64,000 nt of DNA, taken from NCBI GenBank assembly GCA_034180345.1, contig JAXFOQ010000040.1, positions 6,265-70,264 of the forward strand. The letters are read 5' to 3'. The DNA is from Erysipelotrichaceae bacterium (lineage in GTDB: Bacteria > Bacillota_I > Bacilli_A > Erysipelotrichales > Erysipelotrichaceae). Each line of letters opens with the position of its first letter. Positions within the stretch are counted from its first letter, which is position 1. Below, piece by piece: positions 44,198 through 54,592 of the stretch. The notes below the pieces were generated by a model, which did not search any database, had not been told where the DNA came from, and saw only the letters and a list, made by a program, of their open reading frames with translations. A program made the translations under genes and the position numbers.

Positions 44198-45086
44198 ATG
44201 CTGAAATCAATCCACTTCCGACAATAACCAGTCCTAAAATAATATCTTTGAGTGAGGGAACTGTTTTTAAAATAAAGAAACTCACAATAATCGCAAAGGC
44301 GCTGTAGCTGATATTTAAAGCCATCGTCTTACTGGCACCGATTTGTTGGAATGAGCGATAGTAAAATAAATATGAAATAGTACCAAAGAAGGCGCTGATA
44401 AAGACAATTAAAATTAAATTGCTGGAAATAAGCTCCGAGGTTAAGCCCCATGCCTTGAATAAATTGATGATTACTAAGGCATAGAAAATCATTGAAATTG
44501 TTTGTCTGATTTGTAGTGCAACCTCATTATTGACATTTTCATTTTGTAAGCCATAGGTACAAATTACTCCCTCACTTGCCCAAGCAATAACACAAATAAG
44601 TGCCAAAGCAATTCCTAGCCACAGGTTGGTAATTTGTCCATCATTGGTATAGCCCAATAAGATGATGGCACCAATAGCGATAAATAAGGCGATAATTTGA
44701 TAAGGCTTTCGTTTTTCCTTTAAGAATATCCAAGCCATGAGTGAACCTAAGGCAGGATATAGGGATGAAATAATAGCGGTTAATGAGGGGCCAATTAAGC
44801 CAATAGCAGTGATATAGGCACTCATACCAATTGGTCCACCCAGTATTGCTGCCAACATGATAAATTTACCACCCCGTGTTTTAAGGGTATTGAAGGTTTC
44901 TTTTAATTTCCCTTTTATACCCATATATACCAACATAAAGATGGAACTACATAGGTCGTGTAAAAAGGTTGAAACCAGGGGCGCAATCAACATAACCCTA
45001 GCATCACCGGTGATTTTACCTAAGATAATCGAAATAATAACGGTATCAAAAGCCCAAAAAACACCTGATAATAATCCACTTAACAT
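44187..45086 (-). CDS. licB: DMT/EamA-family transporter, LicB-like putative choline permease
   Basis: Ten TM segments with a duplicated EamA-like architecture. Sits between two lic genes and overlaps the downstream licC-like gene. Confidence 0.65.
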   Translation of the reverse strand: MLSGLLSGVFWAFDTVIISIILGKITGDARVMLIAPLVSTFLHDLCSSIFMLVYMGIKGKLKETFNTLKTRGGKFIMLAAILGGPIGMSAYITAIGLIGPSLTAIISSLYPALGSLMAWIFLKEKRKPYQIIALFIAIGAIILLGYTNDGQITNLWLGIALALICVIAWASEGVICTYGLQNENVNNEVALQIRQTISMIFYALVIINLFKAWGLTSELISSNLILIVFISAFFGTISYLFYYRSFQQIGASKTMALNISYSAFAIIVSFFILKTVPSLKDIILGLVIVGSGLISAYDK

Positions 45087-45088
45087 TT

Positions 45089-46825
45089 TTACTCTCCTAA
45101 AGAACTAAATTCTTTAATATTTTTAGTTTCATTTTTAATAATTTGGAAGTAGTCTTTGGCATAACGATATTGACGATATGAATACTCACCAAAGTCAATA
45201 CCTAATTGGTATTTAAATTCACACCAATTACTCCAAAGCATACCTGCAATAGCCATATAAGCATATATTTTATATCTAATTTTATCAGGGCACTGATATT
45301 CATAATATATATCAATGACCTCATCTGCCCCCTTGCGATCAAGCAGGGCATAGATAATAAACATCGCAATATCCAGATCCTTATCCTGCATACCTGCATA
45401 TTCAAAGTCTAATAAGCGAATATTTCCTTGGTTATCAATGATAAAGTTATCATGGTTGGCATCAATATGACATAAAACATATTTAATATCGAAGCTATCA
45501 ATAACTTTTTTAAGTTTCATAATATTCGTTTTGGTTTTGGTATAATCAGGATACATTGAACGATGTTTCATTAAATCTTCATAAAAATCAATCAATTCAA
45601 AAATTTTAAAATGATGTTTTACAGTTAAATTACCAGTATGTAATTTTTTAAGTAAATTCATACAATTTGATAATTCTTGTTTATTATTAGGATCTAAACT
45701 ATGTGAATATTCAATAAATTCAGTAATTTTATAACCATTGTCAGGGTTAAAGTATAAAACTTTATCAGAGATATTCAAAGGGCTGATGACATCATAGACT
45801 GCCTTTTCTTGGTGGCGGTTGATTAGTTGATCAGTTCCAGCCCCAGGCATCCTCATGATGTAGCGTTTATTTTTTATTGTAAAGATGAAGGAATTATTGG
45901 TCATCCCCGCCTTCAACAATTCGATTTTTTCAATATCTTTACATTCAACTTTAAAAACATTTTTAATAATATTAAGTGTTTCGTTTTCAAGACTTTCAGA
46001 GTTATAGTCATAGCTGATGACATCATTATAAGAATTAAATTCTCTTACTCCATCAAGGAAAAGTGCTGGAATAAACATCTTGTCATTTTCAAATAGTAAG
46101 TCGTCATAATAACATTGGTAGTCGGTATTATTTTTAAGGATTTGATAATATTTGGATGCTGATATTTTGTCGATAAACATCAGCCCGCCACAGGTTTCAA
46201 AACCTTCACCAGCAGTTTTAATGACCTCATTTTTTTTATTTAAGGTTACATAGGCATTTTGATCAACAGTCTTTTTAAGTCCATACCATGAAGAAACATT
46301 ATTTCTGATAAAAATATTTTCTTCCAAGTAAATATCACAAGGAATGATATAGGTATTATTAAGTTCTTCTTTGGCAAGGGCCAAACTATAGGCATTGCTG
46401 TAATCTTTATATTTATTATTGATGATTAAATCAACATGGTATTTATCAACTAGATAGTCGAATTTTTCCTTTTGGTAGCCGATGATAATTTTAATATTGT
46501 CGATTCCGGCCTCCTTTAATTGTTTAATCAGTCTTTCAATCAATACTTCATTGTTGATTTTTAAAAAGGCCTTAGAAATATTACGACTGATGGGGGTAAG
46601 ACGGGTAGCAGGTCCTGCTGCCAAGATAATAGCATTGACATTTTTAGCAATTATATTTTGATTGATTAAGTGATTGGAATTATCAATTATATTTTGTTTT
46701 TTAAGTGAAGTGAGTGTTTTGTTCACAAGCCCTAAGGAAATGTTGTTTTTTGTGGCTATTTCCCTTTGGTTGTGGAATTGATTGTTTATGATAGAATCTA
46801 AAATAAGATATTCATTATTGTTCAT
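45089..46825 (-). CDS. triple fusion: wHTH + LicC-like nucleotidyltransferase + LicA-like choline kinase
   Basis: N-terminal wHTH (QREIATKNNISLGLVNKTLTSLKKQNII). NTP-transferase domain (AIILAAGPATRLTPIS..IIIGYQKEKFDYLVDKY). Kinase domain (GMTNNSF.., LCHIDANHDNFII, LLDFEYAG). Confidence 0.8.
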   Translation of the reverse strand: MNNNEYLILDSIINNQFHNQREIATKNNISLGLVNKTLTSLKKQNIIDNSNHLINQNIIAKNVNAIILAAGPATRLTPISRNISKAFLKINNEVLIERLIKQLKEAGIDNIKIIIGYQKEKFDYLVDKYHVDLIINNKYKDYSNAYSLALAKEELNNTYIIPCDIYLEENIFIRNNVSSWYGLKKTVDQNAYVTLNKKNEVIKTAGEGFETCGGLMFIDKISASKYYQILKNNTDYQCYYDDLLFENDKMFIPALFLDGVREFNSYNDVISYDYNSESLENETLNIIKNVFKVECKDIEKIELLKAGMTNNSFIFTIKNKRYIMRMPGAGTDQLINRHQEKAVYDVISPLNISDKVLYFNPDNGYKITEFIEYSHSLDPNNKQELSNCMNLLKKLHTGNLTVKHHFKIFELIDFYEDLMKHRSMYPDYTKTKTNIMKLKKVIDSFDIKYVLCHIDANHDNFIIDNQGNIRLLDFEYAGMQDKDLDIAMFIIYALLDRKGADEVIDIYYEYQCPDKIRYKIYAYMAIAGMLWSNWCEFKYQLGIDFGEYSYRQYRYAKDYFQIIKNETKNIKEFSSLGE

Positions 46826-46897
46826 AATATTACCTCCATATAAATTATATGAACAATAAGTGATTAAATCAAGCCATTTAGACGATATTGAATAATT

Positions 46898-48127
46898 TTA
46901 TTGGTGAAATTTATTTAATTGATGAGAATATAAGCTATGCCTTCCTGAAATAATAAAAGTTATCACTATAATTTTCATAAAATAATGTAAGTAATGAATA
47001 TTAAATAATTCAATCGCCAGGGCAAGTGATGCGATAGGGCATTTAGTCAAAGCCACAAAGTAGGCAATCATAGCACAGGCAATAAAAAGACTTGATGGTA
47101 AATTAAATATTCCTGAAAAGGTCATACCGATACCAGCACCAATTGCCAGAGTTGGAACAATTTCACCACCCTTAAAACCAGCACCTAAAACAATTGAAGT
47201 TAAGATTATTTTAAGAAGAAAGCTATAAGCATTGCTGCTTCCCTTAAAGGATGCTTGAATGATATTTATTCCACCACTATAATATATTTTATCTTTTAAT
47301 ATAGCTGTAATTAGGATGAAAATTAAGGCACCGATAATAATTCTAAGGTAGGGATTAGGGAAATGATGCTCAAAGATTTTTTTGGTTAAGTGCAGTGTTT
47401 TAATAAAGACATTAGAAAAGATGGTGATGATGATTGCCAAAAAGATTAGTGCTAATAAAATGATGATGCTAAATTTGTCAATATTGGGATCAAGATTAAA
47501 AGTTATTGGACTACCGATAATTAAGGTTCTGATTTTAGCGGCAATAAGGGCCGAAATAAGGGTAGGTAATAAATTTTTTAAATAGATATTACCGACAACT
47601 AAGATTTCAAGACAAAAGATAGCGGCTGTTAACGGTGTTCCAAATAGACCACTAAAACAAGCACTCATACCACAAAAGATTAGTGTTTCCTGTTCCCTGG
47701 CATTTAATTTAATCAGTTTAGTAAAAAAGTTTGAAACACTACTTCCAAGTACCAGTGCTGCCCCTTCTTTTCCAACAGAAGCACCTCCCAGATGCGATAG
47801 AGTGGTGGCGATAAAAATCAATATTCCCTGGATGGGCTTAATATTATGATTATTGTTTAAGGCATAGATAAGCTGATTGGGTCCATCAATATTATTTTCT
47901 TTTAATTTCTTAGTGATAAAAATGATAAGCATACCAAATATTGGTAACAGGTAGATGATAAATGTATGGTGCTTCCATAGATCATCTGCAAGATCAATTA
48001 ACATTTCAAAGATAACGCCAATACTACCGACAACAAGCCCAGCACCGATGGCAATCATCAATAATTTAAGTTTTTTAAGGTCGTAAATTTCATCGTTCAT
48101 AATTAACAATAATACACCAAAAATCAC
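46898..48127 (-). CDS. ClC-family voltage-gated chloride/anion channel
   Basis: About 10-11 TM segments with GGASVGKEGAALVLG and GLFGTPLTAAIF selectivity-filter-like motifs. The start is uncertain; an alternative ATG is at 48100. Confidence 0.75.
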   Translation of the reverse strand: MIFGVLLLIMNDEIYDLKKLKLLMIAIGAGLVVGSIGVIFEMLIDLADDLWKHHTFIIYLLPIFGMLIIFITKKLKENNIDGPNQLIYALNNNHNIKPIQGILIFIATTLSHLGGASVGKEGAALVLGSSVSNFFTKLIKLNAREQETLIFCGMSACFSGLFGTPLTAAIFCLEILVVGNIYLKNLLPTLISALIAAKIRTLIIGSPITFNLDPNIDKFSIIILLALIFLAIIITIFSNVFIKTLHLTKKIFEHHFPNPYLRIIIGALIFILITAILKDKIYYSGGINIIQASFKGSSNAYSFLLKIILTSIVLGAGFKGGEIVPTLAIGAGIGMTFSGIFNLPSSLFIACAMIAYFVALTKCPIASLALAIELFNIHYLHYFMKIIVITFIISGRHSLYSHQLNKFHQ

Positions 48128-48176
48128 TAAAACATCATCTTTATTATGCTATAATTTATGAGATTATAAGGAGATA

Positions 48177-48704
48177 ATGATGGAAAAAACATATAAAAGT
48201 GATGAGATCTATCATGGGAAGATTATTAATCTGTTAAAAGATGAGGTTATTTTAGATGATGGTCAACATAGCTATCGTGAAGTTGTTGAACATAGGGGTG
48301 GTGCCTGTATTGCGATTGAAGATTTGGATGGTAAGTTTATCATGGTTAAACAATATCGTTATGCCCAAAAATGTGAAGTCTTGGAATTTTGCGCTGGTAA
48401 ATTAGAACCAGAAGAAAAGCCTGATGTTACGGTTATTCGTGAGGCTATTGAAGAAACGGGTTATGATGTGGAATTGGTCCATGATTTCGGTTATATGATG
48501 CCAACCCCAGGTTATGTTAGTGAAAGAATTTATTTGTATCATGGCAGGGTTAAGGCTTATCTTGGTCAAACCTTTGATGAAGATGAAAAAATTGAACTTT
48601 ACCATTATAGTTTAGATGAAATAGAAATGATGATTAAAAAAGGAGAAATTGTTGATGCCAAGACTATTTGTCTGGTATATCATTTGAGGAATATTGAACA
48701 ATGA
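48177..48704 (+). CDS. NUDIX hydrolase (ADP-ribose pyrophosphatase-like)
   Basis: Nudix box GKLEPEEKPDVTVIREAIEETGY; ~175 aa, NudF/YqkG-like. Confidence 0.8.
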   Translation: MMEKTYKSDEIYHGKIINLLKDEVILDDGQHSYREVVEHRGGACIAIEDLDGKFIMVKQYRYAQKCEVLEFCAGKLEPEEKPDVTVIREAIEETGYDVELVHDFGYMMPTPGYVSERIYLYHGRVKAYLGQTFDEDEKIELYHYSLDEIEMMIKKGEIVDAKTICLVYHLRNIEQ

Positions 48705-49219
48705 AACTAAAAGAATACATATTTTATACTATTATTGCTGCCCTATATGCAGTATTATCATTGGTTATCGGGGGTTTTGCCTTTGGCATTGTGCAATTTA
48801 GATATGCTGAAGTCTTAAATATTTTAGCCTTAAAAAATAAAAAATTTATTTGGAGTCTTACTTTAGGCTGTTTTATTACCAATTTAATCGGAGTATTATC
48901 AGGAACTAATCCAATCGGTATTTTGGATGTGATCATAGGAAGCCTTGCAACCCTTATTGCAGGATATTTGATGTACTATTTAAAAGATAAGAAAATATAT
49001 GGTTTACCAATATGGTCATTATTGATGCCTGCGCTGATAAACGGAATTATCATCGGAGCTGAACTTACCTATGTATTTACTCCAGAAACATTAGTAGTTG
49101 GTTTCTATTTGAATTTCATCAGTGTTTTTGTCAGTGAATTTATTATTGTAACAATCTTTGGAACCTTATTGATGAAACCGTTATTTAAGAATTTGGAATA
49201 TGTTAAAATTAAGTTATGA
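48701..49219 (+). CDS. queT: QueT-family queuosine-precursor transporter
   Basis: Five TM segments; the N-terminus ..AALYAVLSLV..FG.VQFRYAEVLNIL is typical of QueT. Confidence 0.7.
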   Translation: MKLKEYIFYTIIAALYAVLSLVIGGFAFGIVQFRYAEVLNILALKNKKFIWSLTLGCFITNLIGVLSGTNPIGILDVIIGSLATLIAGYLMYYLKDKKIYGLPIWSLLMPALINGIIIGAELTYVFTPETLVVGFYLNFISVFVSEFIIVTIFGTLLMKPLFKNLEYVKIKL

Positions 49220-49551
49220 ATAAATTAGATATTAAAGATTTAGATAAATTAAATGAAAGACTAAGTAAACTTCAAGCAGGTGAATTGCTGGTGCTTAGTG
49301 ATGGTGTTGAAGAAAAGTTTGTATTAATTGATAGTAATACTTTTGATATGATGCAAAAGGCCTTTGATTTGGATGTTAAAAATAATCCACTTAAATATTT
49401 TGATCCAAGTAAATTGGAAGTTAGGGTAATTAGTGATCCATCAAAACCTGAACTTAGTGAAGAAGAGTATGAAGCTATCAAAAAACAATTAAATGAAGCC
49501 TTGGAAAAGACACTTAAACCATCACATAAGTATAAACTTAGTCAATCATAA
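49216..49551 (+). CDS. hypothetical acidic protein (111 aa)
   Basis: ORF track. ATGA overlap with queT. No recognisable motif. Confidence 0.5.
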   Translation: MNKLDIKDLDKLNERLSKLQAGELLVLSDGVEEKFVLIDSNTFDMMQKAFDLDVKNNPLKYFDPSKLEVRVISDPSKPELSEEEYEAIKKQLNEALEKTLKPSHKYKLSQS

Positions 49552-49560
49552 GAGGTGAAT

Positions 49561-50187
49561 ATGAAAAAGGGATTATTTATTGTATTGGAAGGACCTGATG
49601 GTTCAGGTAAAAGTACCGTTGCGGCTAAGATTAAAACATCCTTGGAGGACCAAGGTTTTTTGGTATGTCATACCAGAGAACCAGGAGGCATTGATATTGC
49701 TGAACAGATTCGTAAAGTTATTCTCGATCCTAAAAATACGGCAATGGACGAAAAAACCGAAGCCTTATTATATGCTGCTAGTCGCAGACAACACCTAATA
49801 GAAAAGGTGGTTCCAGCTATCGACAGGGGGGAGATTGTACTTTGTGAGCGTTTTGTTGATTCTTCCTTGGCCTATCAAGGATATGCCCGTGGTATTGGCA
49901 TTGATGAAATCTTGAATATCAATATGTTTGCGATTGATAATCATTTTCCTGACTTAACAATTTATTTAGATACGGCTGCCGATGTCGGTTTAAAACGCAT
50001 TGAAAACCGTGGTTTTAAAGATCGTTTGGATCAAGAGTCTTTAGCTTTTCATATTCGTGTAACCGAAGGCTATCGTATAATCAACAAGCGTTTTAGTGAT
50101 CGTATTCAAACTGTTGATGCGAACAGAAGTATTGATGAGGTTGTTGATGCCTGTATGCATTTAATTTCAGGAAAGATTAATGCTTAA
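49561..50187 (+). CDS. tmk: thymidylate kinase
   Basis: FIVLEGPDGSGKST P-loop, REPGG, and the DRF/LID region. Confidence 0.93.
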   Translation: MKKGLFIVLEGPDGSGKSTVAAKIKTSLEDQGFLVCHTREPGGIDIAEQIRKVILDPKNTAMDEKTEALLYAASRRQHLIEKVVPAIDRGEIVLCERFVDSSLAYQGYARGIGIDEILNINMFAIDNHFPDLTIYLDTAADVGLKRIENRGFKDRLDQESLAFHIRVTEGYRIINKRFSDRIQTVDANRSIDEVVDACMHLISGKINA

Positions 50188-51097
50188 CTTAAAAGAAAGT
50201 CAAAGAGTTGCCTACCAAAGTTTAAATAATGCCCTTAAATTTCAAAAAGTAAGTCATTGTTTTCTTTTTGAAGGTCCTAAGACGGCTGCTAAACTGGAAA
50301 TGGCCTATGTCTTGGCTTCGGCTATTATTTTAGAAAGTGATTGTTTGGATATCGTTGATAATGTTATTTATGAACGAATTAGCAATCACCAATATTTGGA
50401 TTTGTATTTTATTGACGGCTCAGAAAATGTCATCAAAAAAGAACAAATTGAAGCGATGTTTGAAAAATTTAATAAAACCGGCTTGGAATTGGCAGCTAAA
50501 AAAGTTTATATTATTAATAATATCAATAATGCTTCAACTAAAGTTTTAAATATGTTATTGAAATTTATGGAAGAACCAAATTCTAATGATGTAGTTGGTA
50601 TTTTGATTAGTGATGAAGCTGATAATTTATTACCGACTATCAGAAGTCGTACCTTAAATGTTTTGTTTGTGCAGGATAGCCAACAGGAAATAGTTGCCAA
50701 ATATCTTAAGAAAGACTTTGACTTATCGGCTGCCAATGATATAACTAAGATAATCAATAGGTATGATGATAATATTACAGTTGATATGTATCGTTTTAGT
50801 CAGCATTTAAAAGCATTATGTATTGAAAATATCCGTCATTTTGAAACCTTTATCTTTGAAATTCAAAATAATATTTATCCAAGTCTTAAAGACTATGAAC
50901 GCCATCACATTATTAAAATAATTTTATTGTTTATTGATATGTTGTTATGGGAACTTAAGAATAATAGCCAATTTAATCTTGATAAATATTTAAAATTAAG
51001 TGAAATACTGATTGATGCTAAAGAAAAATTTAATAATCGCTTTGATTATAAATTAGCTTTTGATGAATTAGTGTATAATTTATATAAGGAGTTATGA
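50180..51097 (+). CDS. holB: DNA polymerase III subunit delta-prime
   Basis: HCFLFEGP, sensor-like IRSRT, conserved position after tmk; ~305 aa. Confidence 0.8.
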   Translation: MLNLKESQRVAYQSLNNALKFQKVSHCFLFEGPKTAAKLEMAYVLASAIILESDCLDIVDNVIYERISNHQYLDLYFIDGSENVIKKEQIEAMFEKFNKTGLELAAKKVYIINNINNASTKVLNMLLKFMEEPNSNDVVGILISDEADNLLPTIRSRTLNVLFVQDSQQEIVAKYLKKDFDLSAANDITKIINRYDDNITVDMYRFSQHLKALCIENIRHFETFIFEIQNNIYPSLKDYERHHIIKIILLFIDMLLWELKNNSQFNLDKYLKLSEILIDAKEKFNNRFDYKLAFDELVYNLYKEL

Positions 51098-51951
51098 TGG
51101 AATTATACATAAATATTAAATTTGATAATAATCATAAATTATATACTTTTAAAACGATTGATGATACGCTACAAAAAAATGATTATGTAGTTGTTGAAAG
51201 TGCCAGAGGAATTGAACTCGGCAAGGTGATGACCGTTCCTCGCAAAACTCATGATTTAAGCGATGATTTTGAGATTAAAGAAATATTGAGAAGCGCCACT
51301 TGTGAAGATCTTGAGATGTTTAAAAAGAATCGTGATGATGCTAAAAAGGCACTTAAAATATGCCAAATATATGCGAATCAATTAAAACTTAAGATGGAAA
51401 TAGTAGTTTGTGAATATACCCTAGATCGTAGCAAGCTAACTTTTATTTATATCGCCGATGATCGTGTTGATTTTAGAGAATTGTTAAAGATTTTAGCGAC
51501 AGAATTTCGGACTCGTATCGAATTAAGGCAGGTTGGTGTCAGAGATCGTGCGCGTTATATTAGTGGGGTCGGCATCTGTGGTCGTGAATTATGTTGCCAT
51601 GGTTTTATTAATGATTTTGAAATGATCTCCATAAATATGGCTAAAAATCAATTACTAGCGCTTAATGTCAGTAAACTATCTGGTCAATGTGGTAAACTTA
51701 AATGTTGTCTTAAATATGAAGATGATGTATATACAGATATTCGTAAAGATTTACCTAAAATAGGATCGAGTATTGAATATGAACATAATATTTACCGTTT
51801 AAGTTCGATAAATATTATTAATCGTACTTGTAAGTTGGAGAATCATGAGAATGCCTTATTTATAAAAATTGATGAGGTATTAAAAAAGGGTAAGGTTATT
51901 AATAAAAATACTACTAAAAAGGAAGCGACTAATAATGAAAAGGCAGGCTAG
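51094..51951 (+). CDS. ricT: PSP1-domain protein RicT/YaaT
   Basis: PSP1 core FRELLKILATEFRTRIELRQVG.RD, plus the Cys cluster GICGRELCCH..CGKLKCC. Confidence 0.88.
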   Translation: MMELYINIKFDNNHKLYTFKTIDDTLQKNDYVVVESARGIELGKVMTVPRKTHDLSDDFEIKEILRSATCEDLEMFKKNRDDAKKALKICQIYANQLKLKMEIVVCEYTLDRSKLTFIYIADDRVDFRELLKILATEFRTRIELRQVGVRDRARYISGVGICGRELCCHGFINDFEMISINMAKNQLLALNVSKLSGQCGKLKCCLKYEDDVYTDIRKDLPKIGSSIEYEHNIYRLSSINIINRTCKLENHENALFIKIDEVLKKGKVINKNTTKKEATNNEKAG

Positions 51952-52777
51952 TTTTAAAAATAAGTCAGCGACACTTTTTTTGGTAGCCACACCGATTGGA
52001 AATCTTAATGAATTTAGTAGTAGAGCTGTTGAAGTTTTAAAGAATGTTAATGTTATTGCATGTGAAGATACCAGAACTTCTAAGACCCTACTTAAACATT
52101 TTGGGATTGATAATAAACTTATTAGTTACCATAATTTTAATGAAAAGGCTAGTACTGAAGGTATCTTATCACTTTTGGCTCAGGGTAAAAATATCGCTCT
52201 AATCAGCGATGCTGGTTATCCAATAATCAGTGATCCAGGTTATGAATTGGTCAACAATTGTATTAAACATGAATATAATGTTGTACCCATCAGTGGTGCC
52301 AATGCCGCCTTAAATGCCTTGGTAGCATCAGGGCTTTCTGGTAGTCATTTTCTTTTTTATGGTTTTTTAAATAATAAGAGTGGTGAGGCTCATAAAGAGT
52401 TGGAGGCCTTAAAAAAATATCCTTTTACTATTATCTTTTATGAGGCACCCCATCGGATCAACAAAACTCTCAATCTAATTTATCAAATCTTTGGCAATCG
52501 CTATTGTTGTCTAGCCAGAGAAATAACCAAACAATATGAAGAATTTATTCGTGGCAACCTAGATGAAATTAAGGATCTTGAAAATTTAAAGGGTGAGATG
52601 GTCATTGTTTTAGATGGTTATAAAAATGATGATAAGGATATTTGTTATGATGATCTTATTGAAATTGTCCACGAATATATCAAGTTGGGGATGAGTACCA
52701 AGGATGCAATTGCAGTGGTTGCCAAAGAACACGGTGTATCTAAAAAGGATGTTTATAATCGTTATCATCAAGCATGA
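51935..52777 (+). CDS. rsmI: 16S rRNA (cytidine1402-2'-O)-methyltransferase
   Basis: LFLVATPIGNL..IACEDTR, SDAGYP.ISDPG, and FYEAPHR motifs. Confidence 0.93.
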   Translation: MKRQASFKNKSATLFLVATPIGNLNEFSSRAVEVLKNVNVIACEDTRTSKTLLKHFGIDNKLISYHNFNEKASTEGILSLLAQGKNIALISDAGYPIISDPGYELVNNCIKHEYNVVPISGANAALNALVASGLSGSHFLFYGFLNNKSGEAHKELEALKKYPFTIIFYEAPHRINKTLNLIYQIFGNRYCCLAREITKQYEEFIRGNLDEIKDLENLKGEMVIVLDGYKNDDKDICYDDLIEIVHEYIKLGMSTKDAIAVVAKEHGVSKKDVYNRYHQA

Positions 52778-52855
52778 GTTATATATGTAGTAATTCATGC
52801 TTTTTTAGTATAAAATTTATATAATTTAATCATTTAATATAAGGGGGTATATTTA

Positions 52856-54523
52856 ATGAAGAAAATATCAAAGTTAGGATTATTGTTGATAATTATTTCA
52901 GCTTTAATTGGAACTTCCATTCCATATGTTGTAAGTAGGATTATCGATGGTAAAGATAAAATTTTTTATTTTATTGATAATGGTATTTTATTGGTTATTT
53001 TATTTTTGGTTCAGGCGATTTTTTCAACTTTGGCAAATTTCCGCTTTGTGGAATTATCAGAGAAAAATGCCTTTATCTTAAGGAATGAGCTAATCAATAA
53101 AATTTTAAAGGCTAAATTGGCATTTTTAGATAAATTAAGCATCGGTAAAATTCCTAGTCATATTGATAATAATATTAAAGTAATTCAAAATTTTTATGCT
53201 AAGTCGGTACCTAATTTTATTAGTGCGATATTTACCTTGATTATTTCGCTGATATTTTTATTTAGTTTAGATTTAAATTTAACCATATTGTTGATTATTC
53301 TTTTACCGATCATTGCCTTAATTATCGTACCGATAACAATGTTGTCTGGTAGGTATGCAGATTTATTTCAAAAAGAAAATTCACTTTATATTGAAAAATT
53401 AAGTAATATTTTTAACAATGTTATATACATTAAAACTCTTAATGCTGAAGAAGACATCATAAATGACTTAACTGAAAATAATCAAAAGATTAGAGTTTTC
53501 TCTACTAAAAATAATAAGGTTGATGCCTTTGTTTATCCATTTCTGTTATTGGCTTTAGTGGCGATACTAGCAATCATTTTTATGTATGGTGGTCTTAGGG
53601 TTTCACAGGGCTATATCAGTGTTGGGGTATTAATAGCCTACTTGTTATATATCTTTCAATTATTAACACCAGTTTCTGGCATTAGTAGCTTCTTTTCGGA
53701 TAAAGAAAGATCAGAAGTTAATTATGAGGAATTAAAGGTTTATTTAGAATTGAAACAGGAAGAAGATACGAATATTACAACCGTTGAAAAAATAGAGAAA
53801 ATAACCTTTGATAATGTAAGCTTTGGCTATGATGATGAAGCGATTATTGAGGATTTAAATTTAGCGATTAAAAAAGGTGAAAAAATAGCTGTGGTTGGAG
53901 AATCAGGCTCAGGAAAATCTACGATGTTTAAATTATTGATGAATTTGTATTCTTGTAAGGAAGGAAATATTCTTATCAATGATCAAAATATCAACAAGCT
54001 CAGTCTTAAAAGCCTTAGGGACAATATTGCCTTTATACCTCAAGAAAATAGTATTATCTATTCAAAATTAGGCAAATTTTTAGCCTTATCATCGGATGAA
54101 GTACAGCCTGAAAAGATTGTTGAAATTTTTGAAGCACTTAATTTAAAGGAAAAATTCAACTTAGAAACCTTAGATTTAGATAGTGTTGATTATGGTCTTG
54201 GTGGTAAAAATCTTTCAACAGGTCAAAAACAACGAATTTTAATCGCCAAGGCATTAATTTCTAAATTTAGTGTTTTATTGATGGATGAATCAACTTCGGC
54301 TGTCGATTCGGAGCTTGAAAATAAAATATTTAATATTGTGGATGAATATTGTAAAGATAAGATTATGATTTCTATCGCTCATCGATTATCGACAGTTAAA
54401 TATGTTGATCGGGTTATCTTTTTTGAAGATGGTAAAATCACTGGTGATGACACGCATGAAAATTTATATCGATCTCATGAGAAATATCAAAGATATATCG
54501 ATTTACAGAATATTAATAACTAA
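52856..54523 (+). CDS. ABC exporter, fused TMD-NBD half transporter
   Basis: Six TM segments at the N-terminus. GESGSGKST, LSTGQKQRILIAKA, LLMDESTSAVD, and IAHRLS. Confidence 0.85.
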   Translation: MKKISKLGLLLIIISALIGTSIPYVVSRIIDGKDKIFYFIDNGILLVILFLVQAIFSTLANFRFVELSEKNAFILRNELINKILKAKLAFLDKLSIGKIPSHIDNNIKVIQNFYAKSVPNFISAIFTLIISLIFLFSLDLNLTILLIILLPIIALIIVPITMLSGRYADLFQKENSLYIEKLSNIFNNVIYIKTLNAEEDIINDLTENNQKIRVFSTKNNKVDAFVYPFLLLALVAILAIIFMYGGLRVSQGYISVGVLIAYLLYIFQLLTPVSGISSFFSDKERSEVNYEELKVYLELKQEEDTNITTVEKIEKITFDNVSFGYDDEAIIEDLNLAIKKGEKIAVVGESGSGKSTMFKLLMNLYSCKEGNILINDQNINKLSLKSLRDNIAFIPQENSIIYSKLGKFLALSSDEVQPEKIVEIFEALNLKEKFNLETLDLDSVDYGLGGKNLSTGQKQRILIAKALISKFSVLLMDESTSAVDSELENKIFNIVDEYCKDKIMISIAHRLSTVKYVDRVIFFEDGKITGDDTHENLYRSHEKYQRYIDLQNINN

Positions 54524-54592
54524 AATTATTGGGATATTAAATTAAAAAAAGTTAACTTTGTAGTTAACCTTTTTAATTACCTTAGTTTTAAA

